Origin: Octopus bimaculoides
Lineage: Eukaryota
Length of the DNA: 47,727 nucleotides
Direction: 5' to 3'
NCBI RefSeq assembly: GCF_001194135.2
Contig: NC_068981.1
Location: forward strand, 130,944,928-130,992,654
The translations under genes were made by a program, and so were the position numbers. Shown piece by piece: positions 1-12,341 of the stretch. How positions within the stretch are numbered: the first letter of the stretch is position 1; each line of letters starts with the position of its first letter. The notes below the pieces were generated by a model. That model was not told the origin of the DNA. It made no database searches and worked only from the letters and a program-made list of their open reading frames with translations.

Positions 1-247
1 GTAAGGTAAATACCACCATTACCGATATCCAAACTACAGTGGAGAAAGCTAGCCACTGGATTTGGTTAAAAAGAGACGATGAGCGATGGCTAGAGAAATA
101 TTGAGCTTTGTTTTAATAATCAGTTGATCTAGCAAGCGAGGCCTCATATCAGTGAGGGCGGGGCCGGTGCGCATTGATGCCGTCGAGAGGTAGGCCTCGA
201 AACGGCGCGCGTTCTCTCCTGATGACCCCATACACTTGCTGGCTTCC
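1..247 (+). mobile_element. 3' end of a HERO-like (R2 superfamily, RLE-type) non-LTR retrotransposon
   Basis: Frame 3 reads KVNTTITDIQTTVEKASHWIWLKRDDERWLEKY* (stop 102-104), matching the AEKASxWLWLKR C-terminus I recall for HERO elements. A GC-rich, structured 3' UTR follows. Confidence 0.75.
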
Positions 248-779
248 NNNNNNNNNNCTGATGACCCCATACACTTGCTGGCTTCCGGTATGCGGAGTTC
301 TTGACTGGTAGCACTTGCATGTGCAAGTTGTTTGCAAGACACATAACATAATTTTTACTTGAATAATGCCAGGTAGAATTAGGAAATTTTTCAACCACGT
401 ACGCCGCTTATTCAGTCGCGAAAATTGCACTAATTCACCTGTTGAAATCCAGAAAAATAACCCAGCTGTGGTATATGTTAACAGTAGAAATACATTCTAC
501 CGCCCAAACAAAGATAATTTTCAATACCGTATAAAAAATAACAAAAGTGATGCTTTCGTGAAAAGCATTCGCTGGAGAAACGGACATAAGTAAACAGTAA
601 GTATTTTGAACATATACTATTTAGACTAAATAACACGAGAGCATAAAATATGTGTGCAAGGAATATTGGTAAATATTACGGAGAACAATTTTAGCAATAC
701 ATGAAAGAATAATACAGTGTAACAAAATTTTTAAATTTTATTCTTTTGTCTTTGGTCAGTAAGTGTTATTTCCTATTTG

Positions 780-1090
780 TTTTCATCTAGAAATCAGAAG
801 AAATGACTATTATTTTCTTCAAACTTTGCTTTTTTGACCTGGACATCAATGCTTTGAAACTGACCTATTTTCCATTACATTTCAGACAGATTCAGTGCTG
901 AGACGCCGAAGCAGAAATATCGTTATAGTAAATATTCTGCTCAATACCACAGATTTGCTTGTCAGTTGTTTGACCATAACCAATTGAGCGTGTCGCTTAG
1001 TTGCTGACAATATGTGCATCTCTGGTCATGGGCAGGTGTAGTGAGGGAGTATCATAATATCGAGAGGGATTTTTTGGGGCTTGAATAAAT
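780..1090 (+). repeat. Fragment of an interspersed repeat (SINE-like, family B)
   Basis: Recognised from memory as an abundant octopus repeat (AATATTCTGCTCAATACCACAGATTTGCTTGTCAGTTGTTTGACC...). No overlapping second copy in the window. Confidence 0.4.
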
Positions 1091-1658
1091 GTAACAAAAG
1101 CAAAGTTTGAAGGAATTATTAACCGTTTTTCATATTCTCTAAGGGTAAGCAAATAGAAAATAACAGTTGCTAACCAAGGACAAAAATTGTGTTACACAGT
1201 GTTATAGATAGAATGAAATGCAAGAAGAACCATTCATTATTATATAAACGGCTGATAGGGAGAAAACATATAGCAGCAGTAAAGAAGCACGCAAATGTGA
1301 GATGAGAGGATAAGAGTTAAAACAAGACTGACACATTATACGAATTTAGCGTGAACGATAAGAAAATTTATAATCCGTTGATTATTTTGTTTCCTAGAAC
1401 ATGAATGTCAGAATTTCATTTCAAATGTAAAATGTATTCCTCGGCCAAAGAGAAAAAATATTTTCTTTTCCAGTCCTGAAATCTACAGACACATAGAGAC
1501 GGAAATCGGGAAATGATGACAGTGTGAGCAAAACTGCTGCAATTCTGTCTTGAATAATGAATTAGACATGGTGGAGTTAACGTGCAATGTTTATATTAAT
1601 TTATATTACGTTACAACAACCACATACCAACAAAGACTGCATATTACAGATTCACAAC

Positions 1659-1663
<5 letters not shown>

Positions 1664-1730
<67 letters not shown>
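1664..1730. repeat. (CA)n microsatellite running into a gap
   Basis: Directly visible. Confidence 0.98.
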
Positions 1731-2329
1731 NNNNNNNNNNNNNNNNNNNNNNNNNNNNNNNNNNNNNNNNNNNNNNNNNNNNNNNNNNNNNNNNNNNNNN
1801 NNNNNNNNNNNNNNNNNNNNNNNNNNNNNNNNNNNNNNNNNNNNNNNNNNNNNNNNNNNNNNNNNNNNNNNNNNNNNNNNNNNNNNNNNNNNNNNNNNNN
1901 NNNNNNNNNNNNNNNNNNNNNNNNNNNNNNNNNNNNNNNNNNNNNNNNNNNNNNNNNNNNNNNNNNNNNNNNNNNNNNNNNNNNNNNNNNNNNNNNNNNN
2001 NNNNNNNNNNNNNNNNNNNNNNNNNNNNNNNNNNNNNNNNNNNNNNNNNNNNNNNNNNNNNNNNNNNNNNNNNNNNNNNNNNNNNNNNNNNNNNNNNNNN
2101 NNNNNNNNNNNNNNNNNNNNNNNNNNNNNNNNNNNNNNNNNNNNNNNNNNNNNNNNNNNNNNNNNNNNNNNNNNNNNNNNNNNNNNNNNNNNNNNNNNNN
2201 NNNNNNNNNNNNNNNNNNNNNNNNNNNNNNNNNNNNNNNNNACCATGACGCAAGTGAGATACCACGATATCTTGTAAAAGTAACAAGCAGAACGGTCCTA
2301 CAAGGAGGTAGTGTAAGATGGCAGCGTTG

Positions 2330-4855
2330 AAAAAAGAGCTAAGGCAACCGAAGAAAACGTCGAAACAAGATGACGACGAAAGGAAAATGGTTTTAAACCA
2401 ACGTACCAAGGAGTTACGAAGAAACCTGACCCGGCTTCGCAGGGCATAGTCACTTCGTGAATAACAGAGAGAGAAACGAAGGCAAAGGAAGGAGTTTTTT
2501 TTTTTTTGCAACTCCTTTCCTTCCCAGAAAGTTAAAAAAAAGTGGCCGGTTAATATGCTCGAAAGAAGATGTGGAGAGCAGAGTAGCAGCAGTGAATGGT
2601 GTCCCCAGAAGAGAATTCCATTAGGAGATTGTCCCATTCCACTGCCAATGCTCAAACACTACACTCACTTCGACATGATATACTTCACTTTCGATGAAGT
2701 GAGGGCAGTGGTGGCAAAAGCTCGTGCAGGTTCTGCTCCAGGGCCATATGCCCACTATTGCTACGGAGGCTAGCAAGACACTCACTGAAGGCTGTTTTGT
2801 CCCAAAGAAGAAAACCCTGCAAGATTTCAACAGTTTCTAGAGATCTCTCTCTTGGACGCTGAGGTGAAGCTATTTTGGGGGCATCATTACCAAAACGTTA
2901 ACATCATATCTCTGGTCAACGAGTACATCGACACGAGTGTCCAGAAAAGAGGGGGTCCCAAGCTAGTGCAGATGCCTCGATCACACAACAGCAATCAATC
3001 ATGTCATGGAAGAAGTAAGGAGGAACAAGAACTCACTCACAGTTGTATGGTTGGGTCTTGTCAAGCGTGCCTCACCAGCTTCTTCAAAATGTATCGTATA
3101 CTACCAAGTACCAACGGAAGGGGTCAGACTCATAATGTCCAACATGGATTCAATGAGAATGAGGTTCACCATGGGAAATTTCCCCAGTAAATAACAGTAA
3201 TTGGCAAAAGCATTATGATAGGATGCATAATTTCTATAGTGCTGTTTGTGGTGGCCATGAACCTATTGCTAGATGTAAGAGGGAAGTAGTCGAGGGGTCC
3301 CAAAACTGTTGAAGCACAGGAAATCCAGTTTGCAGGATGTTCATGGACGACATGACGATTACGACACCATCAATCGAAGAGACAAGGCGGGCATTGAGCT
3401 CGCTGGAAAAGATGGTCATATGGTCAAAGCTATGATCATACTCCTAACGATATTAGCAATGCTGAAGACACCCAAAACCCAACTAGGCATATGGCTAAGG
3501 GCAGTTAGTAAAAGCCAGCTACTTGGAAAGTTCAAAGTATGGTGCTTCAACTATGGTATCATACTCAGACTGCAGAAGCTATTTTTGCTTTAGACTTTTC
3601 CATGACTCGAGTAGAGGCAGAGTAAATGCTGTGCAGTAAGTTTGTGTGAAGGTGGCTGGGCGTACTCCTAAATTTCAGCTTAGTCAATCTGTACGGCAAG
3701 ACCTCTAAGCTCCGCCTAGCAATTTTTATCAGTGGTGGATTGAAAGCCACAAAGGCAAGAGCAATCACCATTTTCCTTCTGATACACCAACAAGACCATA
3801 ATGTGGCAGAAAATGGACACACCAGGAAACTGTGAAAGAAGCAGCGACATACTGTCAAGAACGGCTAGGACTTGGCAATTACAGCACCAAGATATGGAAA
3901 AGTACCAATACCAGGAGCAAGCGAGCTCACAGTACAAAGTATCTGTGATTCAACTGAGGGGGATCACCGAATGAAGGCAGTAAGGATTGCCCACTAGGGT
4001 CAATAGGTGTCGTGGACACTTGAACGTCCATTGGAGACTTGACCAGGGAAGATTGTTCTTCTTTCTTTGTGCTGTCACTAACCTCTTGCCAACTCCAAAC
4101 ACCCTCAACATATGGAGTAAGGAAAAAGTCCCATCCTAAAAGAAGTGCGGAGCAACTATTTGCACTCTGAACCATATTTTGACCGGATGCACTAGGATAC
4201 TGATACAAGAAGAAACATGACAAGGCTCTTTCTAGAAATCACCTAGTGGACAGACATGCAAAGGGTTAAGGTTAATAAACACCAGCCACCACCACCACCA
4301 CCACCACCACAACCACCAAGAAATACCAAATTCCTAGAAGAAGATGACAGGGCTCGCAAGGCGAAAGCAACGAAAGGGGACTCAATTTATATTTTGCGTC
4401 CAGTTTTAGACTGGGAGGTGCAAGTGGACCTAAGAAGCAGTCTTGTCTTCCCAGAAGAGATAATGATAACATCACTCCGACCAGACATATTCCTGCTATT
4501 TTGGAATACAAAAACAATGATCGGGGTTGCAGTACCCGGAGAGGAAAAGGCTCGATACTTCGCACACGGTAAAGAAATCGAAATATCAGGCTTTAGTCGA
4601 CGGACGAAGCCCTTGTCAAGTTTTGGCTTAATCATTTCCTGAAGAAGATAGATCGGGATCCTAGACAACTGAAGAAATCCTTCGAAGAAATAGGCACAGC
4701 AGCTGAAACTAGCTCAAGTTGCCTATGGTTAAGAGAGAGCAAGTGGAACCTTTCCGTAAGTGAAGGTTAACTCAATCCTTCATGTCCCACACAGGTAAAG
4801 CGTATAGACTAAGGGGCGAAACGCTTGTGACCCTAAGATACCTACTGACAATACG
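2330..4855 (+). mobile_element. Degenerate HERO-like non-LTR retrotransposon (RT, zinc-knuckle remnant, RLE endonuclease, 3' UTR)
   Basis: Frameshifted peptides in the expected order: EVRAVVAKARAGSAPGP; EGCFVPK..ISLLDAEVKLF; EYIDTSVQK; LTVVWL; MRMRFTMG..IMIGC; catalytic RMFMDDMTIT (FMDDM 3340-3354); LRAVSKSQLLGKFKVWCF; RWLGV; LLPTP..CTLNHILTGC; DWEVQVDL..LVFPEE..TSLRPDI..VAVPGEE; AAETSSSCLWLRE. Confidence 0.9.
4286..4318. repeat. (ACC)n expansion inside the HERO remnant
   Basis: Directly visible; explains the poly-Pro stretch in ORF 4256-4642. Confidence 0.95.
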
Positions 4856-5652
4856 GAAAAGTTTCCAGGATAGCAATGGAATTAAATCTTGCAAAACCTC
4901 TGAGTAGTTCCTGCAGTTTCTGCGTGGGGCAAAACACCTTTGATGTTTAATTCACCGAATCGCCAGTGATCCCTTTATAGTACTTTTTTTGAGGAATCTC
5001 AGATTCTGCCGTAAATATTGTATTTTGATTGAATTGTAGTGTTTATAATGGGGCTACATGTTGTTGATAATGCTCTCTAAATATCAGAAACTAGTGGAGC
5101 AGCAGTTCAGAGACAAGCTGATGGACTCGCTGCGAACCAGTGTGGGCTACAGAAAGCTCATGAAAATGGGATTCTCATTCTCCAAAGTTACGATTGGTTT
5201 AGAATCCACTAGTGTAGTAAATTGTAGAGGAAGCTATTATATGATGATATTAGATCAAGAAGGAACATCCATGACTTGTTGATATGATGCAAGCCGTGAC
5301 TGTAAAATATACCTGGATCAACTAGACAAAGTTGTCTGATGTTGAAAGAACTGAAATCGTCTACGATTTTCAGGAACATCATGTAGGGAGGATTTTAGCG
5401 CAGTCAAGTGATACATTGAAACGTTGAGGGAATATAATTTACACTAGACTTAAATAAATGTTTACAAATACAAGAGATGAAAGAAAATAGCTCAAGTTAT
5501 AGAATACAGGAGGTTTAATGCAATAAAGTATTTGATAGCTACTATATATAAGACTGAATGTGTAAAAGCTGACAGCAGTTATAAGAAAAATGTAGCAATG
5601 ACATAAAACGATAACAGGTGAATGAACTATCAAGTAAATTGAGATGACAATT

Positions 5653-5653
<1 letters not shown>

Positions 5654-5697
<44 letters not shown>

Positions 5698-5724
5698 GTA
5701 ATAGTAATAACAACAACAACAACT
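5654..5724. repeat. (TAA)n/(CAA)n microsatellite
   Basis: Directly visible. Confidence 0.95.
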
Positions 5725-5989
5725 GAGAGATGAAATGCGAGAATAATGATGACAGCGTGAACAAAGCTGAGAATATAGTACTATTTCTGCCTTGCCGCTC
5801 GCAGTACATATTCATTTGACATGGAGGAAATGACGTATAATTTATTACATATTATTTATATGACAATCCCATACACGCACAAATTTCAATCACAATTCTA
5901 TAAAAATAACAGAAAAAAAACGCACACTCGCAAACACGAAAAATAAATAGTTTAACAAATCTAAAATATTTATAAGAATTTAAATCTCT

Positions 5990-6640
5990 CTCTATATAAA
6001 ATTCTTTGTCTGTCTGTTTGTTCCCTATGCTTTGTCAAACGGCTCCACCAAATCAAGTCAAATTTTACAAGATAATAATATTACGCCCCGCGAATGTCAT
6101 CATGTAATTTGTATTTTCATTTGGATTGAAACAATATAACATTTTCTCGAAAATAATCTTTCTATAGTCAACTATAGTAACGGACATTTTATACCACGAC
6201 GACGACGACGTCACATTTTGTATATGAGTGCGTATGTATGTGTGAGTGTGTGTGTTGGCGGATTCGTTACGTACGAGATAGTAAAGAACATTTTATATCA
6301 CCAAGACGACGACGTCACATCTCTATCATTCTCTCTTCATTCTGTCGACCATTATGTCTGGCGTTTACCGTTGTATTGACGTCTGGTACAAAAAAAAAAT
6401 TATTACAGCTACTTTCATTGTTTACAATCTTCTGTACCGGTATATTTGTGTAAACCAACACATAAACAAAATGTTAGAAAGTCTGACGGTTCAAACAAAA
6501 CCGCTGTACCAGTGTATTTGTGTATCAGTAAATAACCATGTTGTAAGGATTTCTGGTAACAATAAAAACATTATTACAGCTTCTTTCATTGTTTACAATC
6601 TTCAGTACCGGTTTGTTTGTGTATCAGTAAATAACCATGG
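5990..6640 (+). mobile_element. Possible non-autonomous Helitron-like element with internal duplications
   Basis: Starts TCTATATAAAATTC..TGTCTGTCTGTTTGTTCCCTATG, resembling Helitron-N 5' ends. Internal direct repeats at about 6188/6292 and 6399/6570. No clear hairpin-CTAG 3' end found. Confidence 0.3.
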
Positions 6641-7471
6641 GTAAATATTTCGTAAAGGACCCATTCGTACCCCGGTGTGAAATAACTTTTTTCAAGTTTT
6701 TTCGAGTGCATTCAACGTATCTGACCTCCAAATCCGCCGCAAGCCACTTTTATCCGGAAAAGAAAGTAGTAGGGGGAGATTATTTCACAGCGAAATATCG
6801 GCGGGTCCTTTATCGCAAATAGCTGTTACGTGGTAGTAGGCCGTGCTAGAAATAGCAGCCAAATCTTTCCTTTTCTGAGGAAAGGAGCTGTTTACGCGTC
6901 ACATTCGTTGAACCTGGAAAAAGAAAAGCAAAAAACCACGAAACAAAACTCCGTTGGTGGGAAACTCCGAGGTCTCCTCCACACTTTCNNNNNNNNNNNN
7001 NNNNNNNNNNNNNNNNNNNNNNNNNNNNNNNNNNNNNNNNNNNNNNNNNNNNNNNNNNNNNNNNNNNNNNNNNNNNNNNNNNNNNNNNNNNNNNNNNNNN
7101 NNNNNNNNNNNNNNNNNNNNNNNNNNNNNNNNNNNNNNNNNNNNNNNNNNNNNNNNNNNNNNNNNNNNNNNNNNNNNNNNNNNNNNNNNNNNNNNNNNNN
7201 NNNNNNNNNNNNNNNNNNNNNNNNNNNNNNNNNNNNNNNNNNNNNNNNNNNNNNNNNNNNNNNNNNNNNNNNNNNNNNNNNNNNNNNNNNNNNNNNNNNN
7301 NNNNNNNNNNNNNNNNNNNNNNNNNNNNNNNNNNNNNNNNNNNNNNNNNNNNNNNNNNNNNNNNNNNNNNNNNNNNNNNNNNNNNNNNNNNNNNNNNNNN
7401 NNNNNNNNNNNNNNNNNNNNNNNNNNNNNNNNNNNNNNNNNNNNNNNNNNNNNNNNNNNNNNNNNNNNNNN

Positions 7472-7579
7472 AGAAGAAGAACAAGAAGAAGAAGAAGAAG
7501 AAGAAGAAGAAAAAGAAGAAGAAGAAGAAGAAGAAGAAGAAGAAGAAGAAGAAGAAGAACAACAACAACAACAACAACA
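7472..7579. repeat. (AAG)n/(AAC)n microsatellite
   Basis: Directly visible; source of the poly-E/R/S/L ORFs. Confidence 0.98.
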
Positions 7580-7626
7580 TCGAAAAATACCTTTGGAATG
7601 AGAACCCAGGTTCGAAATTTCCCCAA

Positions 7627-7672
7627 GACACCTGATGAAGGCTTGAGGGTATATCAGCCGAAACGTTGTGTT
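7627..7672 (+). ncRNA. Minimal type I hammerhead ribozyme motif (PLE pseudo-LTR type)
   Basis: GACAC-CTGATGA-A-GGC(T)TGA-gggtata-TCAGCC-GAAA-CG-TT-GTGTT. Helix I GACAC/GTGTT, helix II GGC.TGA/TCAGCC, palindromic AACGTT in place of helix III, GUU triplet. Confidence 0.65.
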
Positions 7673-8819
7673 AACAACAAACAAGATGAGGACAAATACC
7701 CGTCAAATGTAAATAATGTACATAATTTCTCATCTCTTAAATATAGAACAGTAGAACACAATGAACATACAGATTCATATCAACTTAATATAACAGAATG
7801 TTTTATTACCAATCACATCGTGTATATTATTCATCTAACTCCATCGGTAACTGACAAATTGTCGGTATATAATGAATATATATATATATAAGCAATTGGT
7901 TTGTGCTCTAAAAGAACTTCACTGATAATACAGTAGCACAAATTGTTTCTACATTAATATGGAGGCTGTATATAACACCTCTGTTATACTGAAGATCATA
8001 TGTACAAAACTTACATCTATTCTTGATTTATATACCGCATATATAACATCGGCCTTTTGCTAAAATTAACTTAGCTACAACGAAACATAGCTACTGTTAT
8101 CAATAACATAAAGACTACAAATAATATAACCAGCTGTTGTTCACAATAACATGGATATTCCAATTCTAATACTCAACACCTATTAGCAACAACAGGAAAA
8201 CTACTTCTCATGCTCAGCATTGTTCACAATAACATTGAGAATATAGTAACAATAACGCCCAGCTACTCTCGTCAATGGTGAAGACAATATTACTTACACC
8301 GCCTAGTTGTATGTTATAATGACATGGAGACAACAGACACTCAGTTTCCGCAGTGATTATGCAGAACTGCCAATGTCTCTGAATAATAACATTGACTCAT
8401 TTCATAAACAGCTAGCGTCAGATAAATATAACATGGTGATCTATCATAAACGATGATCTTTTCTAAAATATAATTTCATAGTATTTTCAGCACCAATCTA
8501 CTGCAGGATGCGGTCACTATATGAGCCAGCTGCTAAGGAGTATCTTGGAATCTTTTTGAAATATCTCATGCCTCTGAATGACAAAATTTACATATATGAA
8601 GAACCGGGATTCGGCTACCAACATCATGATGACATTTTATGAAACCAGCTTCCATCTATAACGACAGAAACAATATATAACTATCATGTGTTAAAAAAAT
8701 AATTTCTACTGCTACTCTATTATGTTAGCTCATTCTCCAGCTAACATCAACACGTTGGGACAGCGATCTTAATCTTAATATTGCACTTGAGTTAATAACA
8801 ACTACGTCCTAATTTTAAA

Positions 8820-9770
8820 TATACAGTAAAGATACCGACAACGAGTCCAGATCTCAGTTTTACAGTAGAGATAACATCAACGAAGCCCAGATCTGTTTTG
8901 CAGTAGAGACAATAACAACAATCCCCTGAACTCAGTATTGCAGTAGAGACTATATACTAACTAGATCTTGATCACAACAACAATACAGTACACACTGTAA
9001 CAACCAGCCTACAACTATAAATACACTGTCAAGAGTAAAACCTCCATTTGTGGCCATAAAAAACATTGTGGTTACAATAGCATTCATCACATAATCATCG
9101 CGTCAAATTGTAGTCTATAGCATACATCATGTGAGTAGAATTACAGTGTAGAGACTATAACATCTTTCGTGATCATAACTGCATTGTAGGGACAGTAACA
9201 TCTTTCGTGATCAGAACTACATTGTAAACTATAACATCTTCCGTGATCACTGCTGCATTGTAGAGACTATAACATCTAATACATGATCATGATTATATCG
9301 TTGAGACTATGACATAATTTCGTGGTAATTATCATATTCTAGAATCTGTTTCGTAAGGGTAACCACACTGTAACGACTATAACATCCCTTACTGGATCAT
9401 AACTATATTTCAAAAACTATAGCACGCTTTTTCTGATCATATGTATATTGTGGGGTCTATAACATCTATTTTGTGGTCATAACTACACTGTAATAACTGC
9501 AACATCATTTCGGGATCATTACTGCATTGTAGAGACTATAACATTTCGTGATCTTAACTACAGTGTACAGACATTAACATCGTTTCGTGATCATAATCAT
9601 ATCTGGTGAACTTGTAGCACCCTTCTTCGAATCTTAACTACACTGTAGTGACTATAAGATCTGTCTTGTGATCATACATACATTGTGGAAATTCTAACAT
9701 CCATTACATGGCCATAACAACATTCTGGAGGACACAAAGTCTATCTTATGATTACGGCAACCTAGTAGAC
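8820..9770. repeat. Degenerate 36-40 bp minisatellite (consensus near ACATTGTAGAGACTATAACATCTTTCGTGATCATAACT)
   Basis: Consecutive units 9143-9180, 9181-9218, 9219-9254, 9255-9294 and onward; related ~39-bp units at 8822-8980. Confidence 0.9.
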
Positions 9771-10616
9771 ATTGTAATATCAATCTCCTGCAATACATGT
9801 ACATAATTGTATATACGTTTGTTATAATGTATATTGTTACATTAACAATATTGTTACTCGTTACGTTTTTGAGTTTCTTTTACAATATTGTTCCTGATTT
9901 GTAACTCCTTGTTACTTTTACTAATTTCAAAATTGTTCTTTATTCTTGTTTTGAATTAAAAACTACTTTTATACACTTTTAGTTTTGAGATAATATTTTT
10001 TGTAATGAAATTCTGTTCCTTTTTTTTTTTCTGTAAAATGTCAACGTTATATGCGATCCACGGCAGCATAATTTCTAAGGTTTTGATTCTTAACAAAGTA
10101 TGACGAGACTGCAGCCATTTTCACTGATTTTATCCTTTCACTTGATATTTGATAACTAAGGCATTTATTACACATTTACAGACATTTATTTACTCATCTA
10201 AAGACACGAGTATGTTTTGGTAGCAGACGGGTATCTATATGCATGGGTAACTAAATTGAAAGATTATTCATTTTTGTAAATGTATGTGTGTATGTATAAC
10301 TGAAAAAATTTGGAGTCAACAAGAAGGAGTACGGTTGGACATTTATTTTCAACCACTACAATTATTTCTACGCAACGCAGTTTACCAAACACGCAGGTTC
10401 TTGATTATGCAACCGTTTTCCTAAATTATTAGATCTAATTGTGTTTCCTCAGGCGATATGTAAATATTGTCTCCGAAAATGCAAATTCTCGGCTTCAAGA
10501 GCATCCTCTCTGTCTGTCGTGGCCTGAATCACAGTTGCAGAATCACCATCCCACTGCATCTACACATTCAAAGCAGTTTGTCAACGGACTTTCAGCAACA
10601 ATACTGCTTGATAAAC

Positions 10617-11230
10617 TCATTGGCTACTACTAACTTCGCATTTTTCTTCCGTCAGTTTTAGTCCGTATTCACTTATTCTCTCGAATACTTTGTGTTTGAC
10701 ATGTTGCACCCAAGACTCGCTCTCCATCAGAATGTCATCTAGGTATGCGATGGCGAAGTCGCAATCACTTAACATCGCATCAATTATTTGTTGGCATATG
10801 GCGGGTGCCACATTTATCCCAAACGGCAGCCGTCTGAACTTGTACAATCCACGGTGAGTGTTGATTTTTAGTAGATGTGTGCAATCTTCCTCTAACTGAA
10901 TTTGAAGGTACGCCTTTGAGAGGTCTAACTTCGAAAAAAATTTCTCTCTGTTTAATTTAGCAAAAACTTCTTCTGGGCTTGGAAGTGGGTAAATGTGTGT
11001 GAGTAAACAATCGTTTAACTCGGTTGAAAAGTTTGTGCACACTCTTAGCTTTTTTTTTTTTTTTGTACGTACACCGCCGGTGCTGCCCAGTCTGCATGGT
11101 CAATCTTTTCAATTATATTCAGGCTTTCCAACCTTTCTAGTTCTTTAATGACCTAATCTACCGCCGCAAATGGCACGTTCCGTTTGAGCCTGAAAATAGG
11201 TGTTGAATTTTCTTTGATAGCAATCCTTGC
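10617..11230 (-). pseudogene. Gypsy reverse transcriptase fragment
   Basis: ORF 10617-11042: PLPSPEEVFAKL..FSKLDLSKAYLQI..GLYKFRRLPFGINVAPAICQ..AYLDDIL. N-terminal part continues upstream across an expanded poly-A run. Confidence 0.95.
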
Positions 11231-12329
11231 TTTCGTTTTAGTACAACAGCATAAAACGTTTTTTCTTGTTTGTTCCATTTTCCTATCATTCTAGTTTTGC
11301 AGTGCGATTTATATGTCCTGTAGACCCGCAGTGAAAACACTCTGCTTTTTATACAGACAATCTTTTTTCAGGTGCATCCCACATGCCATACATGGGTCTA
11401 CATCCCAATATTTTTTCTGTTTTTCTTGTAACACTTTAATTGTCTCCCGACATTTTTGCACTGGTCTTATGAGGAAACATTCTTTCCGTTGAATTTCTTC
11501 CGTGTCATATCTTAATTTTAATATCCGTCACACTCTTCCGAGAGTTTCTGCAATGTCAAAAACTGGTTAATTTCCATTTTGATAGAATATTCGTTCGGAT
11601 TTCTGCATCCCTTCTATCTGTCAATCCTTGTGCAAAAATGAAACACTTGAAAGAATCTGGAGTAAGCATCTCTAGCCTAAATCTCTCACATTCTTTGTTG
11701 ACTCAGCCTGTGTAAGTAGTGAAGTCTTCATCTTCGTTCTTTTCTATGTTTAAACATTTCCATCTAGTATTAAACAGTGAGCCTTTCACTAAACATTTTG
11801 CACAAAATGTCAACTGTGTGGGTGAAATTTATGTCGGACGCTTCTTTTGGCAATATGAAGTTACTATACTTCTCATGCTCTGCTATCCCTACTTTTCTTA
11901 AAACTAGACGCGTTTTCATATCGTCCGTCCAATCCTGACATTCTGTTTCAAAGATTTATTGAAATATTCGAAAGTAAGGCTCGAAGGTTACTTCTTCCCC
12001 GGGGTCATATTTGAATTCTCTTATGGAATTTGTCACATGTTTAGGTGAAAATGTATTCTCCGGAATGGTCATCAACTTCATTATGTGTCACATTTGCTGC
12101 TGCAATCCTTGTTGTTGTTCTCGTTGTTCCTTGAGTTGTTGTTGTTGTTGCTGTTTTTGCAACTAAACTATCCCAGCTAACAAGTCTTCTATATTTTATG
12201 ATTTTCGTAAGTTTGCACCACACGATTTTTGTTTCTTTTTTGTCGAGATATTTAATTTTCCACGTGAATTAGTTTTATCTCTCCGTGTGAATGTTGTTCG
12301 TCCCCCCTGCTCCGCGTAAATTTGTTTTT

Positions 12330-12340
12330 CCTCGTCGCCA
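12330..12340 (-). promoter_or_regulatory. Primer-binding site TGGCGACGAGG (tRNA-Ser(GCU)-like)
   Basis: Lies 1 nt after the LTR end (...TTTACAACA-G-TGGCGACGAGG); complementary to CCUCGUCG-CCA, the 3' end I recall for metazoan tRNA-Ser(GCU). Confidence 0.8.
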
Positions 12341-12341
12341 C

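Noticed and set aside
199-230. GAAAC...CTGATGA in the HERO 3' UTR as a type II hammerhead
   Set aside because: Only 5 nt separate the putative cleavage triplet from CTGA, so helix I cannot form, and helix II has no partner.
219-286. 29-bp direct repeat flanking a 10-N gap
   Set aside because: Typical contig-overlap artefact.
5100-5400. Possible very old mariner catalytic fragment (MMILDQEG..YLDQLDKV)
   Set aside because: Similarity too weak; no TIR or catalytic motif recoverable.
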